From Opitutaceae bacterium (GTDB taxonomy: Bacteria > Verrucomicrobiota > Verrucomicrobiia > Opitutales > Opitutaceae), in assembly GCA_003151495.1 (NCBI GenBank), contig PLXR01000042.1:84523-148522 (forward strand): a stretch of DNA of 64,000 nt. Reading direction: 5' to 3'. Below, one piece after another: positions 1 to 9,259 of the stretch (position 1 is the stretch's first letter; each line of letters opens with the position of its first letter). The notes beneath the pieces were generated by a model. It saw only the letters and a list, made by a program, of their open reading frames with translations, did not search any database and was not told where the DNA came from. The position numbers and the translations under genes are program-made.

Positions 1-633
1 GCCGTGGAGCCGGTGTCCTACGGGATCGCCGACGGACGCACGACCATCCCGCTGCACCTTGAGCCGTGGGGCTCCGTCTTCGTGTTGTTCCGGAAGCCGA
101 CCTCGGAAGCCTCAAGGATGCTTCCTGCGGAAAGGGAGACGCCGCTTGCCACGGTGGATGGGCCGTGGAACGTGACCTTCCAGGCGGGCCGCGGGGCCCC
201 GGCCAGCGTCACGCTGGTCAAGCTGTCATCCTGGAGCGACAGCCCGGATGCGGGCGTGAGGTATTTCTCGGGCACCGGCACCTACACCAAGTCCGTGAAT
301 GCGCCTGCGAGCTGGTTTGCGAAGGGCGGCCGCCTGTGGATCGACCTCGGCGACGTGAAGAACCTCGCCGAGGTGACCGTGAACGGAAAGTCGCTGGGAG
401 TCGTCTGGCATGCGCCGTACCGGGTGGATGCGACAGGAGAGCTGAGGGCCGGCGCGAACGAGGTGTCGGTCAAGGTCACCAACTCGTGGGTCAACCGGCT
501 CATCGGCGACGAACAGCCCAATGCCGCGGTCAAATACACCTACGCGGACATCGAGCCCTACAAGGCGAGCTCGCCCCTGCAGCCGTCGGGACTGATCGGG
601 CCCGTTCGGATTTCCTCGGTGGGCACGCAATAG
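1..633 (+). CDS. Glycoside hydrolase, C-terminal jelly-roll/carbohydrate-binding domain (5' end outside window)
   Basis: The reading frame is open from base 1 and stops at 631-633. The C-terminal block WIDLGDVKNLAEVTVNGKSLGVVWHAPYRVD...NEVSVKVTNSWVNRLIGD is typical of the terminal domain of large secreted glycosidases (GH2/GH106-like). Confidence 0.7.
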   Translation, partial: AVEPVSYGIADGRTTIPLHLEPWGSVFVLFRKPTSEASRMLPAERETPLATVDGPWNVTFQAGRGAPASVTLVKLSSWSDSPDAGVRYFSGTGTYTKSVNAPASWFAKGGRLWIDLGDVKNLAEVTVNGKSLGVVWHAPYRVDATGELRAGANEVSVKVTNSWVNRLIGDEQPNAAVKYTYADIEPYKASSPLQPSGLIGPVRISSVGTQ

Positions 634-637
634 GCTC

Positions 638-1252
638 TTACGGCGCAGCCACGTTTTTCCCCGTCCCGCGCGCGAACGCGACAAGCGGGGAATAGTCCTG
701 CCCATCGGCGCTCCTCAGCGCGGCAAGGTATTCCCTGCGTCTTGCCTCGTCATTGGAAGACGTTCCTCCCCAGGGGAAGATCGGTCGGCCAAGCCTCAGG
801 GCAAGGATGTCGGCGGCAAGGCGCGAGTGGCGGCCGTTGCCGTTCGAGAACGGGTGGATGGACACAAGCCGGTGGTGAAAGCGGAGTGCCAACTCGTCCG
901 GGGGATGAGATGAGTTCTTCACCCAATAGTCGGCGTCCCCCAGGAGCGCACCAAGGTCCGGGAGAATCCGATGGGGCGGGACCCCTAGGGTCCTCTCCGT
1001 CGTCCGCACCTTGCCCGCCCAGCGCCACGTTGCGTCAAACATGTGCCGGTGCAGCTCCAGGAGGTAGGAGACATTGAGCACGTCCGCCGTGGCGAGCCTT
1101 CGCGGGCTCAGGGCCCACCTCCTCCCGGACATGACGTTCGCAAACTCCACCTCGTTGAGTTCGCGCTGCGTCGCCAGGCTGGGGATGAGCCCTTGGATCT
1201 CGTCCGCGGTTAGGGGAGTGTCCCCGAAGTCCGCCCGGTACAGCTCGCTCAC
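638..1252 (-). CDS. Fic family protein (mobile mystery protein B type)
   Basis: HPFSNGNGRHSRL matches the Fic motif HxFx[D/E/N]GNGRxxR. The GTG start at 1250-1252 overlaps the TGA of the upstream HTH gene (GTGA), indicating translational coupling. Confidence 0.9.
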   Translation of the reverse strand: MSELYRADFGDTPLTADEIQGLIPSLATQRELNEVEFANVMSGRRWALSPRRLATADVLNVSYLLELHRHMFDATWRWAGKVRTTERTLGVPPHRILPDLGALLGDADYWVKNSSHPPDELALRFHHRLVSIHPFSNGNGRHSRLAADILALRLGRPIFPWGGTSSNDEARRREYLAALRSADGQDYSPLVAFARGTGKNVAAP

Positions 1253-1653
1253 GAGAGTTCGCGCGGGTTTGCGACGGCCTGGCCCTCCAGCGCCATCGTG
1301 CGCTGAACCGAGTCGAGAGCGTCATTCTCCGCGGCCTGCGCAAGCGTCGAAAGCGAGCCCTGCTTAGGGACAATGGCGTAGACCAGGCGGCAGCCCATGG
1401 CTTCTGCGGCCGATTCCAGCCTTTTGAGTGAGATCGTACGGGCTGCCTCCGACTCCTCGGCCTGTTTCACTGCCTGGGGTGTCTGGCCAAGGCGGACAGC
1501 CACGGCCTTCAGGCTTAGTCCGAGGGCTTGGCGGATGGCGCGCAGCCAGCCTGCCGAGGGACGCTCCATCGCTGCAATGGGCCTTTCAGAAGAGAGTTGC
1601 TCCTCCAATTGGCGTAAACGTAAAGGTTGAATGTTTACCTTATTCATAAACAT
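1249..1653 (-). CDS. XRE-type helix-turn-helix protein (mobile mystery protein A type)
   Basis: 134 aa with an HTH-like segment WLRAIRQALGLSLKAVAVRLGQTPQAVKQAEE. It lies directly upstream of, and overlaps, the Fic gene. ATG at 1651-1653, with an alternative ATG at 1645-1647. Confidence 0.8.
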   Translation of the reverse strand: MFMNKVNIQPLRLRQLEEQLSSERPIAAMERPSAGWLRAIRQALGLSLKAVAVRLGQTPQAVKQAEESEAARTISLKRLESAAEAMGCRLVYAIVPKQGSLSTLAQAAENDALDSVQRTMALEGQAVANPRELS

Positions 1654-1693
1654 ATAAGATTTCTTTTGGTGATAAATGTCAATCTATAGATTG
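1654..1693 (-). promoter_or_regulatory. Putative promoter/operator of the HTH-Fic operon
   Basis: On the minus strand, TTGACA (plus-strand coordinates 1677-1682) is followed by a 17-nt spacer and TCTTAT (1654-1659). The perfect 14-bp palindrome CAATCTATAGATTG (1680-1693) overlaps the -35 element. All of this sits in a locally AT-rich stretch. Confidence 0.45.
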
Positions 1694-1937
1694 TTTTTTG
1701 GCCGCAATTCGACCGTACTCTTGGTTCTTCAGCTCCTGTACCGACTATCCCTTGTCTTCACTAGGGCATCCAGACCGACCGGCCGACCGATCCGCCTTGG
1801 AGGCAGGGCCATGGGGGCACCTCAAATCCACAAGGCGAATCAATGAAAGTTCTCCAGCAACGTCATGAATCCTCCAGTATCAGTCGGGCCTTCAGGAATG
1901 ACCCATCCAAGACCGGTTCATGAAGGCAGTGGGCGAG

Positions 1938-3008
1938 CTAATGGGTTAGGCCGATGTGATCGCGATCCAGGATCCAGGGATTGTTGAGCGCAGCGGCGGC
2001 ATTCCGGGTGGAGGCCATGCCCCATCCGACCTTGCCGGCGTTCAGGTCCCACCACTGGACAAAGAGCACGGTCCTCGGCATTTTTGTTTCCAGGGCGGAC
2101 ACGAGGTCAGTCTCCTCGAAGGTGAGATCGCCGCCGTCGGGACCCTTGGGGCCGAACTCGGCCATGCATACCAGTTTTCCGGTGGACACCATCGTCCTGT
2201 AGGCATCGACGACAGAGGCGTCGCCTGGGCGATCCGTGTACACGTCCTGGCCAATCAGGTCGACATAGGAGTCCCCGGGATAGTTGGACATCGTCGGGAC
2301 GTCGGGCTGGCCGGACTCGAAGAGCCAGACCAGGTTGTGGAGACCCTGGGTCTTTTCCATGTAATCGTGGGTGAACCGCCATAGGGCGATCATCTGTGTG
2401 GAGTTCTGGCGTGCCGTTCCCCACCAGAACCAGCCGCCCCCGTTCTCATGGAACGGACGGAAGATGACAACGACGCCGGCGTCCTGAAGTTCCCTGATGC
2501 CCGCTGCGACGCGGCTCAGGGAATTCATGAAGGCTGAATTCGTAGGGGTACCCGGTGCCAGCAGACCTGCGGCGTCGAGCTTCGAGGTGTCGTACACGGG
2601 GCCTCCGGTCGTGGGATTGGACATGTGGAGGTTCAGCGCCACGAGACCGCCGGCCTTCCAATATGAGAGTGCGCTCCGGTTGAAGGACGTGATGGGGATT
2701 CCGCCCGTCTGGTCGTAGAGGTAGTAGTCGCCGCTTATGAGCCCGAGCCACCTTCCGGTGCTGGCGTGAATGGTTTCAACGGGTGCCAAGTCGCCGGTGC
2801 CGACATATTGCCCGGAGATCGTGTGTTTGCCCTCGATCTGCCGCAGAAAGGCGATCAGGTCCGCGGGAGTCTGGATCCCCGGGGGATGAGCCCGAAGGCA
2901 AGGGAGAGGGACGAGGGCTGCGAGGAGGAATACGTATCTGGGCCATGTGGCCAACCGCGCGCGTGCAACACTTAGGCGGTGAGGTTGCCGTCCGTTGTGC
3001 GTTTTCAT
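1938..3008 (-). CDS. GH26 family beta-mannanase-like glycoside hydrolase (secreted)
   Basis: FRPFHENGGGWFWWG matches the GH26 signature RPxHExNGxWFWWG. I trimmed the start to the internal ATG at 3006-3008, which gives the signal-like N-terminus MKTHNGRQ...YVFLLAALVPLPCLRA. The upstream 141 codons of the ORF look non-coding. Confidence 0.85.
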   Translation of the reverse strand: MKTHNGRQPHRLSVARARLATWPRYVFLLAALVPLPCLRAHPPGIQTPADLIAFLRQIEGKHTISGQYVGTGDLAPVETIHASTGRWLGLISGDYYLYDQTGGIPITSFNRSALSYWKAGGLVALNLHMSNPTTGGPVYDTSKLDAAGLLAPGTPTNSAFMNSLSRVAAGIRELQDAGVVVIFRPFHENGGGWFWWGTARQNSTQMIALWRFTHDYMEKTQGLHNLVWLFESGQPDVPTMSNYPGDSYVDLIGQDVYTDRPGDASVVDAYRTMVSTGKLVCMAEFGPKGPDGGDLTFEETDLVSALETKMPRTVLFVQWWDLNAGKVGWGMASTRNAAAALNNPWILDRDHIGLTH

Positions 3009-3454
3009 GAATCCACCAGAATCGTATATGCTGGGAGGCACCGCAACGGAGAACCCATCGTCCTCGGGTTTTGCATTCTCCAGGTCCCGGAATATGTCCG
3101 ACAAACGGAGAGATTCGGGGCAACCGTGTCGTTCCCGGGGGAGAATCCCTCTCCAGCCTACGGGAGGGAACCCGAAGAATTCATCCAGCTGCGGTTGTTC
3201 TACCGGACATCTTGGTTGGGTGGGGGGCGATCCGCCCCGTAAGGGATGATTCACTGTGGAAAGCGTCCTCACGGCCGTCCCGCCCGTGGGAACGCTCGGT
3301 TTCAATTTCGAGAAATCCAAGCCGCAGCCGGGGCACCAGGAATTGGCAACCGACTCATCGTCAGCCACTAGCGATATCGCGTTGAACTGGTATGGGACGT
3401 GCAATCCCGTGGGGATGGCCCAATTCGCCAAATGACCCTCGGTCGCAGCCGCTT

Positions 3455-5893
3455 ATGATTTCTGAAATCCAAATTGCCCTTCGACGCCTGGCGAAATCGC
3501 CGCTGTTCACCACGACGGCGCTCGCAACCCTTGCCCTTTGCATCGGTGCCAACCTGACGATATTCGCGGTCGTCGACGCGATACTGGTCCGCTCGCTTCC
3601 ATTCCCGCACGCGGATCGGCTCGTGAGGCTCTATTACGTCTACCCGAAGCTGCCGAGCGCCCAGCCGGGCGCCTCGCTCACGAATTACTATGAGCGGCGC
3701 GGCAAGATCCCAGCCCTGGCCTCCCTCTCGGATATAGATGAAAACACCTCCGTGATCGGCGAGAGCGGGGCCACGTCGATAGAGAACCTCGGCAGGGTGA
3801 CTCCGGAATTCTTCAGCACGCTCGGGGTCACTCCAATGATGGGGCGCGCCTTCACCGACGCGGACATGACCTACCAGACCGACCACGTCGCCATCCTCAG
3901 CTACGAGTACTGGCAGTCGACGTACAACTCCGACCCCAACGTTCTCGGCAGGCACATCCGGATGGACGGCGACCAGAAGACGATCGTCGGCGTGCTGCCG
4001 CCGCGCTTCCACTTCCTCTCTTTCCGGACGCCGGTCTACATGCCGCTTTCGTCCGAGGAGGCCGAGCGCGCCGTCGACGCCCGGCACAGCGTCGGGAAGA
4101 TCCAGATCGCCCGGATCGCGGACGGCGCGACGCTGGCGGACGTCCAGCGGCAGATCGACGCCCGCGATGCTGAGCTGGCCCCGGAGTTCCAGGAGGCGAA
4201 GCTCATCGAGGAGGCGGGGACCCACACGGTGGTCGCACCCCTGCAGGCCGACTACGTGGCCTCGGTTCGGCCGATGCTCCTTCTCCTCCAGGCGGCGGCG
4301 CTCTTCCTCCTGCTGATAGGATGCGTCAACCTGGTCAACCTGCTGCTCGTCCGCGCAAGCGACCGGTCGCGCGAGATGGCGATCCGCCGGGCGTTGGGCG
4401 CCGGGCGGCGCCAGATCATCATGGAGGTCATGACGGAGACGATGTTGCTGGCCGCGATAGGCGCCTCGCTCGGGCTTTGGCTTGGCGACCTGGGCATACG
4501 GGTCATCGGCACGCTTGGCATCGACCAGCTTCCCCTTGGCGCGGAGGCTGTGTTCAACGGGCGGCTCGCGGTTGCGGCGGTCCTTGGGGCACTCGTGATT
4601 GGCGCGTGCTCCGCGGTGCCGGTCTCATGGTTCAACCTGCGCGGCGGGCTCTCGGGCGCCCTGAAGTCCGGGACGCGCGGGGGCACCGCAGGCTCTGCCG
4701 CCCTGCGCCTGAGGCGCGGCTTCATAGTCGCCCAGATCGCCCTCGCGTTCGTGCTGCTGACGGGCGCCGGGCTGCTCGGCATGAGCCTCCGGCGGGCGAT
4801 GGCGGTCTCGCCCGGGTTTCGCTCGGACCATGTGATCACCGGACAGTTCAACCTCACGTGGCACAACTACCCCCGGCTGGACACCTTCCACAATTTCTTC
4901 GACAGGCTCTTTGAAAAGACGGCCGGCCTGCCCGGGATATCGGCGGTCGGCGCGACCACCGCGCTTCCCGTCTCCGGGCAGACGGGCGGCGACGCCATGA
5001 CGATCCGGGGATACGTGCCGCCCCGGGGGGACCCGGGTCTCCTCGTCCACGACGACATTGCCGTCGCTGGCGACTATTTTGCCGCGATGGGCATACCCCT
5101 GGTCAGCGGAAGGTACCTGGGCGCCGCGGATGCCACCAGCTCCCAGCCGACCTGCGTGGTCGACGAGACCTTCGCCCGGCACTACTGGCCCGACGGCGGC
5201 GCGGTGGGGAAGGAGGTCTATCGCGGCTCGAGCCCGGCGCCCGACGCCATCTATTACAGGATCGTCGGCGTCGTGGGCAGCGTCAGGCAGTCGGACCTGA
5301 CCGAGAAGCAGGGCCGCGGGTCGCTTTACGTCCCGTTCAGCCGCGAATATGCCCGCAAGTACACCCTCGTGGCCCGGACGAGCCTGCCCCCCGAGGCCGT
5401 TGCGAACACGCTTGTCCGGCTGGTGCGGGAGGCGGATCCGGACGTGCCGCTCACAAAGCTTCGCACGATGGAGGTCAACGTCAGCGACAGCCTCTCGACG
5501 CGGCGCACCCCGGCGCTCATGGCCGGGGTGTTCGCGGCGACGGCCCTGTTTCTCGCGACATTCGGCCTCTATGGCGTAATGGCCTATGCCGTCGCGCAGC
5601 GCACGAGGGAGTTCGGCGTCCGGATCGCCCTCGGCGCACAGGACCTGGATGTGCTCAGGCTGGTCTTCGCCGAGGGGGTGCTCCTTGCCGCGATCGGGCT
5701 CGGAGTGGGAATCGTCCTCTCCCTGCTGCTCACGCGATTCATGTCCTCGTTGCTCTACGGGGTCGAATCAAACGATCCCCTTGCCTTTGCCGGGGTCGCG
5801 GCCGCCATCACCCTGGTTGTCAGCGTCGCGTGCCTCCTGCCAGCCCGCCGTGCGACCAGGGTCGACCCGATGGTCGCCCTGCGGTCCGAGTGA
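3455..5893 (+). CDS. ADOP/MacB-like ABC transporter permease (duplicated FtsX-type orphan permease)
   Basis: The N-terminus MISEIQIALRRLAKSPLFTTTALATLALCIGANLTIF and two FtsX-like 4TM modules separated by large periplasmic domains are typical of the duplicated orphan permease family. No adjacent ATPase gene is present. Confidence 0.9.
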   Translation: MISEIQIALRRLAKSPLFTTTALATLALCIGANLTIFAVVDAILVRSLPFPHADRLVRLYYVYPKLPSAQPGASLTNYYERRGKIPALASLSDIDENTSVIGESGATSIENLGRVTPEFFSTLGVTPMMGRAFTDADMTYQTDHVAILSYEYWQSTYNSDPNVLGRHIRMDGDQKTIVGVLPPRFHFLSFRTPVYMPLSSEEAERAVDARHSVGKIQIARIADGATLADVQRQIDARDAELAPEFQEAKLIEEAGTHTVVAPLQADYVASVRPMLLLLQAAALFLLLIGCVNLVNLLLVRASDRSREMAIRRALGAGRRQIIMEVMTETMLLAAIGASLGLWLGDLGIRVIGTLGIDQLPLGAEAVFNGRLAVAAVLGALVIGACSAVPVSWFNLRGGLSGALKSGTRGGTAGSAALRLRRGFIVAQIALAFVLLTGAGLLGMSLRRAMAVSPGFRSDHVITGQFNLTWHNYPRLDTFHNFFDRLFEKTAGLPGISAVGATTALPVSGQTGGDAMTIRGYVPPRGDPGLLVHDDIAVAGDYFAAMGIPLVSGRYLGAADATSSQPTCVVDETFARHYWPDGGAVGKEVYRGSSPAPDAIYYRIVGVVGSVRQSDLTEKQGRGSLYVPFSREYARKYTLVARTSLPPEAVANTLVRLVREADPDVPLTKLRTMEVNVSDSLSTRRTPALMAGVFAATALFLATFGLYGVMAYAVAQRTREFGVRIALGAQDLDVLRLVFAEGVLLAAIGLGVGIVLSLLLTRFMSSLLYGVESNDPLAFAGVAAAITLVVSVACLLPARRATRVDPMVALRSE

Positions 5894-5960
5894 CAAACCC
5901 AGGTCTTTGGGGCGGGTCGTCAGGCGGATTCGGGCCGGCGCCATCCCCGGCGTTGTCGTC

Positions 5961-6833
5961 CTATTTCGCCTCGGGTCCCGCGGCGCCGGGCACGGAGTGT
6001 TCGTGATTCCGGATGTGCTCCGGACAGTAGCACTCCTCGCCGGCGCACTTTGAACAATAGCGGAAATCGAGCTCGGGATTGGAGAGATCGGTCTTTCCGC
6101 AGACGCGGCAGCGATGCCGCGGCTGTGCGTTCCCGCCGCGGGCCTCGGAACGACCGGCGGACTTGACCATCTGCCGGCGGCGGTACCGCATGGTGTTTGC
6201 AATGTCCCGGCCGAAGAAGATCAGGTAGTTCCCCACGGCGGCGACGATCTGCAGCCGCCCTGACCAGCCGCCCACGACGAACTGGTAGCCATAGAGGAGC
6301 CATGTCGCGAGGGCCAGCCACTTGACCTTCACGGGAAGGATGAAGAAGAGGGCCAGCTCAAAGTCGGGATTGAGGTGCGCGAAGGCCAGGAACACCGAGC
6401 CCGCGATGAAGGCGTTCGTCACATAGCTGTCGGGCTGCAGGAAGGAGAGGCCGACGGTGAGCGCGGTGCCGAGGAAGATGAACAGGTTGTAGCGGAAGGC
6501 GCCCCAGAAGTCCTCGAGCGCGTTCCCCATCAGGCAGAAGATCCACCAGGCGAACGCGATGAACAGGAAGCTCGACGGGGGAGGTATCAGCAGGAACGCA
6601 AGGACGCGCCACCATTGGCCCGCCATCACGAGCCTCGGCACCAGGGGAAGGACGGTGGGATCGAGCTTCCCCATGAGGATGGCCGCATAGATCGCCACCT
6701 GGCCCGACACCAGGTAGAGCGACAGCCTCGGCACCGCGAGGCGTCCCAGGGATCGCTCCAATTTCGAGAGGATGGACATCGACTGAATCGTGTGGCTCCA
6801 AAGCCGTTGTGCAACCCGACCGTTGCGCGACAT
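5961..6833 (-). CDS. Polytopic membrane protein, rhomboid-like core, with C-terminal Cys-rich zinc-ribbon tail
   Basis: Multiple hydrophobic helices. AGQWWRVLAFLLIP and GNALEDFWGAFRYNLFIFLG resemble rhomboid GxWWRL and G..E..G..R blocks. The C-terminal CRVCGKTD...YCSKCAGEECYCPEH is a CxxC...CxxC...CxC pattern. An alternative start lies at 6779 (MSILSK). Confidence 0.6.
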   Translation of the reverse strand: MSRNGRVAQRLWSHTIQSMSILSKLERSLGRLAVPRLSLYLVSGQVAIYAAILMGKLDPTVLPLVPRLVMAGQWWRVLAFLLIPPPSSFLFIAFAWWIFCLMGNALEDFWGAFRYNLFIFLGTALTVGLSFLQPDSYVTNAFIAGSVFLAFAHLNPDFELALFFILPVKVKWLALATWLLYGYQFVVGGWSGRLQIVAAVGNYLIFFGRDIANTMRYRRRQMVKSAGRSEARGGNAQPRHRCRVCGKTDLSNPELDFRYCSKCAGEECYCPEHIRNHEHSVPGAAGPEAK

Positions 6834-6863
6834 TGAAGCCGCGGGGGTGCAGCGTCCCGGGGA

Positions 6864-7802
6864 TCAGCGGTGGGAGACCAGCGTCAGGACCACGCACCCT
6901 CCGACGGCGATCACGCCTCCGACAATCGAGCGGCGGGAGGGGCGGTCGCCCTCGAGCCAGAACGCGATGGGGATGGAGACCAGCGGCGTCGTGGCCGCGA
7001 TGGGCAGGACGATGCCGCTCGGCGTCGTCGCCAGGGCCCATTGGAAGCAGCCCACGCCGGCGACGGGGCCGGCAAGCCCGTTGGCGAGCGTCCACAGCCA
7101 CGGGGCCCGGCCCCTGGCCGTGCCCGGGGGCGGAGAACCCGGCAGCCTTCGAAGGATCCTGAGGACAAGGAACCAGCCGAGCGTGAAGATAAGCCCGGCC
7201 AGGAGCCGCTCGTATGCGGCCGTGAGACCGAAGGTCACGTTTGAGACGGACTCTCCCGCGGCGGCGGCGACCATGACCGCTTTGCGGCTAAGGAGGGCGG
7301 CGCCCAGCCCCTGTCCGCACGCCCCGATGAAGCCGAAGAGGAAACCGACCGGCTTCACCCTTACCATTGGGGGGCTCGACCGGCCCGGCGCGATGGCGAC
7401 TGCGACCCCTGCGAGAATCACCGAGCCGCAGGCGACCTGCGCGACCGAGAGCCGCGTCCCGAGCCACCACCATTCGCCGATCGCGGCGAGCGGGGCCGCG
7501 AGGCACTGGACCATGAGAAGGGTGATGCGGGAGCCGAGAAGGGGAAGGGCGCCGTAGGTGCCGAGGTCGCCGAGCCCGAGGCCTATCGCCCCGCTCAGGA
7601 AGAACCAGGCCGTGCCGGCGCTCGTGAAACCTCCCCCGATCGTGTGGGCGAACAGCCCGAGGACCAGGACACCGATGGCAAGCCGGCTCAGGTTCGCCCT
7701 CAGTGTGCCGAGCAGGCGGATGCTGTGGCTCGCGCAGGTTGCGTTGAGGGCGAAGAAGAAGGAGGTGAGGAAGGCGGGGATCAAGCCGGGAGCCGCATTC
7801 AA
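6864..7802 (-). CDS. EamA/DMT family transporter
   Basis: Ten-helix-like hydrophobic profile with two EamA-type halves (LGTLRANLSRLAIGVLVLGLF..., ...TPLVSIPIAFWLEGDRPSRRSIVGGVIAVGGCVVL). The first ~80 codons of the ORF are Arg/Gly/Pro-rich and were discarded. The TTG start at 7800-7802 is a proposal only. Confidence 0.75.
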   Translation of the reverse strand: MNAAPGLIPAFLTSFFFALNATCASHSIRLLGTLRANLSRLAIGVLVLGLFAHTIGGGFTSAGTAWFFLSGAIGLGLGDLGTYGALPLLGSRITLLMVQCLAAPLAAIGEWWWLGTRLSVAQVACGSVILAGVAVAIAPGRSSPPMVRVKPVGFLFGFIGACGQGLGAALLSRKAVMVAAAAGESVSNVTFGLTAAYERLLAGLIFTLGWFLVLRILRRLPGSPPPGTARGRAPWLWTLANGLAGPVAGVGCFQWALATTPSGIVLPIAATTPLVSIPIAFWLEGDRPSRRSIVGGVIAVGGCVVLTLVSHR

Positions 7803-8059
7803 CGGGGGTAACCCGGCATGGCCAACCCGAAAGCAACGCCCGGGGAAATCGCCGCGCCAGCCCCGGGACCCGCCGATGTCACGATTGAGTGTCGGCAATG
7901 AACCGGGGCCCGCACCCCAGGGGCGGGGACCGGATCCCCATGCTGCTGCGCCGCTTGGGGCGCTTCGCCCCGCGAGGGGGAATCCCGGGGCGTCGCAGCC
8001 CGGCGGCACAGGCCGCGCAACGCGGGCCCGGATGCCCTGTCTCAAGATCCTACAAGCCC

Positions 8060-8323
8060 ATGAAGAACCGAATCCAGACCGCCATCCAATTCCTGCTCAT
8101 CCTTGACGGGTTCTTCGCGGGGGTGCCCCAGGTCTGCCGGATCCTCGAGCGCCGGTCATCGGCCGACGTGTCGATCCTTTCGTGGGCATGGATGTCTGTC
8201 ATGGCCGCCCTGTGGGTCTACCAGGCCGTCCGCGACAGGAGCCCCGTGCTGCTGTGGAGCAGCGTCATCTGGGGGATCAACAACGCCTCCGTGGCCGTCG
8301 TCGCCGCGATCTACAGGCATTGA
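8060..8323 (+). CDS. SemiSWEET / PQ-loop 3-TM sugar transporter unit
   Basis: 87 aa with three hydrophobic helices and the PQ motif GVPQVCRILERRSSADVSILSW. ATG at 8060 inside a longer ORF whose upstream part is Arg/Pro-rich. Confidence 0.8.
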   Translation: MKNRIQTAIQFLLILDGFFAGVPQVCRILERRSSADVSILSWAWMSVMAALWVYQAVRDRSPVLLWSSVIWGINNASVAVVAAIYRH

Positions 8324-8347
8324 ACCCGGAGCCGCGGCCAGGGACCC

Positions 8348-9247
8348 TCAGCCGCTCCCCTTGCGGCCCGGAAACGTGAGCTCGGCGATTCCGCTCTTGT
8401 CGATGTCGCCGAGGCCGAGCGCGACCATCCGGTCGTACTGGGCCTTCGTGGCGGCCGCGAGGGGGAGCTTGAGTCCCTTCTCCACGCCGAGGGCGAGCGC
8501 AATGCCGCTGTCCTTGGCGGCGTGCGCCGCCGAGAAGAAGCACGAGTGCTCGCGGTTCACCATGTCCTCCCCGTCGGTGGCGACGACCCGGGATGCGGCG
8601 CCGGTCTGGGAGAACACCTCCATCAGGGTCGGCAGGTCGAGCCCGAGGGCGGCGCCGAGGCCGAGGCCCTCGGCAAGCCCGGCGGTGTTGATGTTCATGA
8701 CCATGTTGACGAGCGCCTTCACCTGGCCGGCGGTTCCGGCGGGCCCGATGTACCGGAGCAGCTTCCCATTGTCGCTGAGCTCGGAAAGCACCGGCTTCAG
8801 CCGCTCAAACACGGCTTCCCTGCCGCCGCACATGAGGTAGAGGGTCCCCTTGAGGGCCTGGGGGATGCTCGAGGCCATGCAGGCCTCGAGGGAGGAGGCG
8901 CCGGCCTTCTCGGCCGCCGCCTCGATCTCGACGTGGACGGCGGGGCTTATCGTCGCGCAGTTGACGAAGGTCTTGCCCGACGCCCCCAGGAGGAGGCCGC
9001 TCGAGCGGTCGAAGAAGACCGAGCGCTGGGCCTCGTCGTCGGTGACGACCGTGAAGATGAGGTCGGCGGATGCGGCGACCGACACGGGCCTGTCGCAGGC
9101 CTTGGCCCCGAGCTCGGTGGCGACGGCCTGCGCTGCCTGCGCGTTCCGGTCGTACACGGCGGCGACGGTGTAGCCGCGCCCCTTGAGGCAGCGGGCCATG
9201 TTGGCGCCCATGCGCCCGACTCCTACAAATCCGATTGTGGGTTTCAT
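8348..9247 (-). CDS. NAD(P)-dependent 3-hydroxyisobutyrate/6-phosphogluconate dehydrogenase-family oxidoreductase
   Basis: N-terminal Rossmann motif IGFVGVGRMGANMARCL. Length and C-terminal helical domain are typical of the HIBADH family. Confidence 0.88.
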   Translation of the reverse strand: MKPTIGFVGVGRMGANMARCLKGRGYTVAAVYDRNAQAAQAVATELGAKACDRPVSVAASADLIFTVVTDDEAQRSVFFDRSSGLLLGASGKTFVNCATISPAVHVEIEAAAEKAGASSLEACMASSIPQALKGTLYLMCGGREAVFERLKPVLSELSDNGKLLRYIGPAGTAGQVKALVNMVMNINTAGLAEGLGLGAALGLDLPTLMEVFSQTGAASRVVATDGEDMVNREHSCFFSAAHAAKDSGIALALGVEKGLKLPLAAATKAQYDRMVALGLGDIDKSGIAELTFPGRKGSG

Positions 9248-9259
9248 GGGGTGGGGATC

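Noticed and set aside
638-1937. Considered annotating the Fic/HTH module as a mobile element, given the family name mobile mystery protein.
   Set aside because: No integrase, transposase, tRNA attachment site, terminal inverted repeats or flanking direct repeats are visible. Only the composition hints at acquisition.
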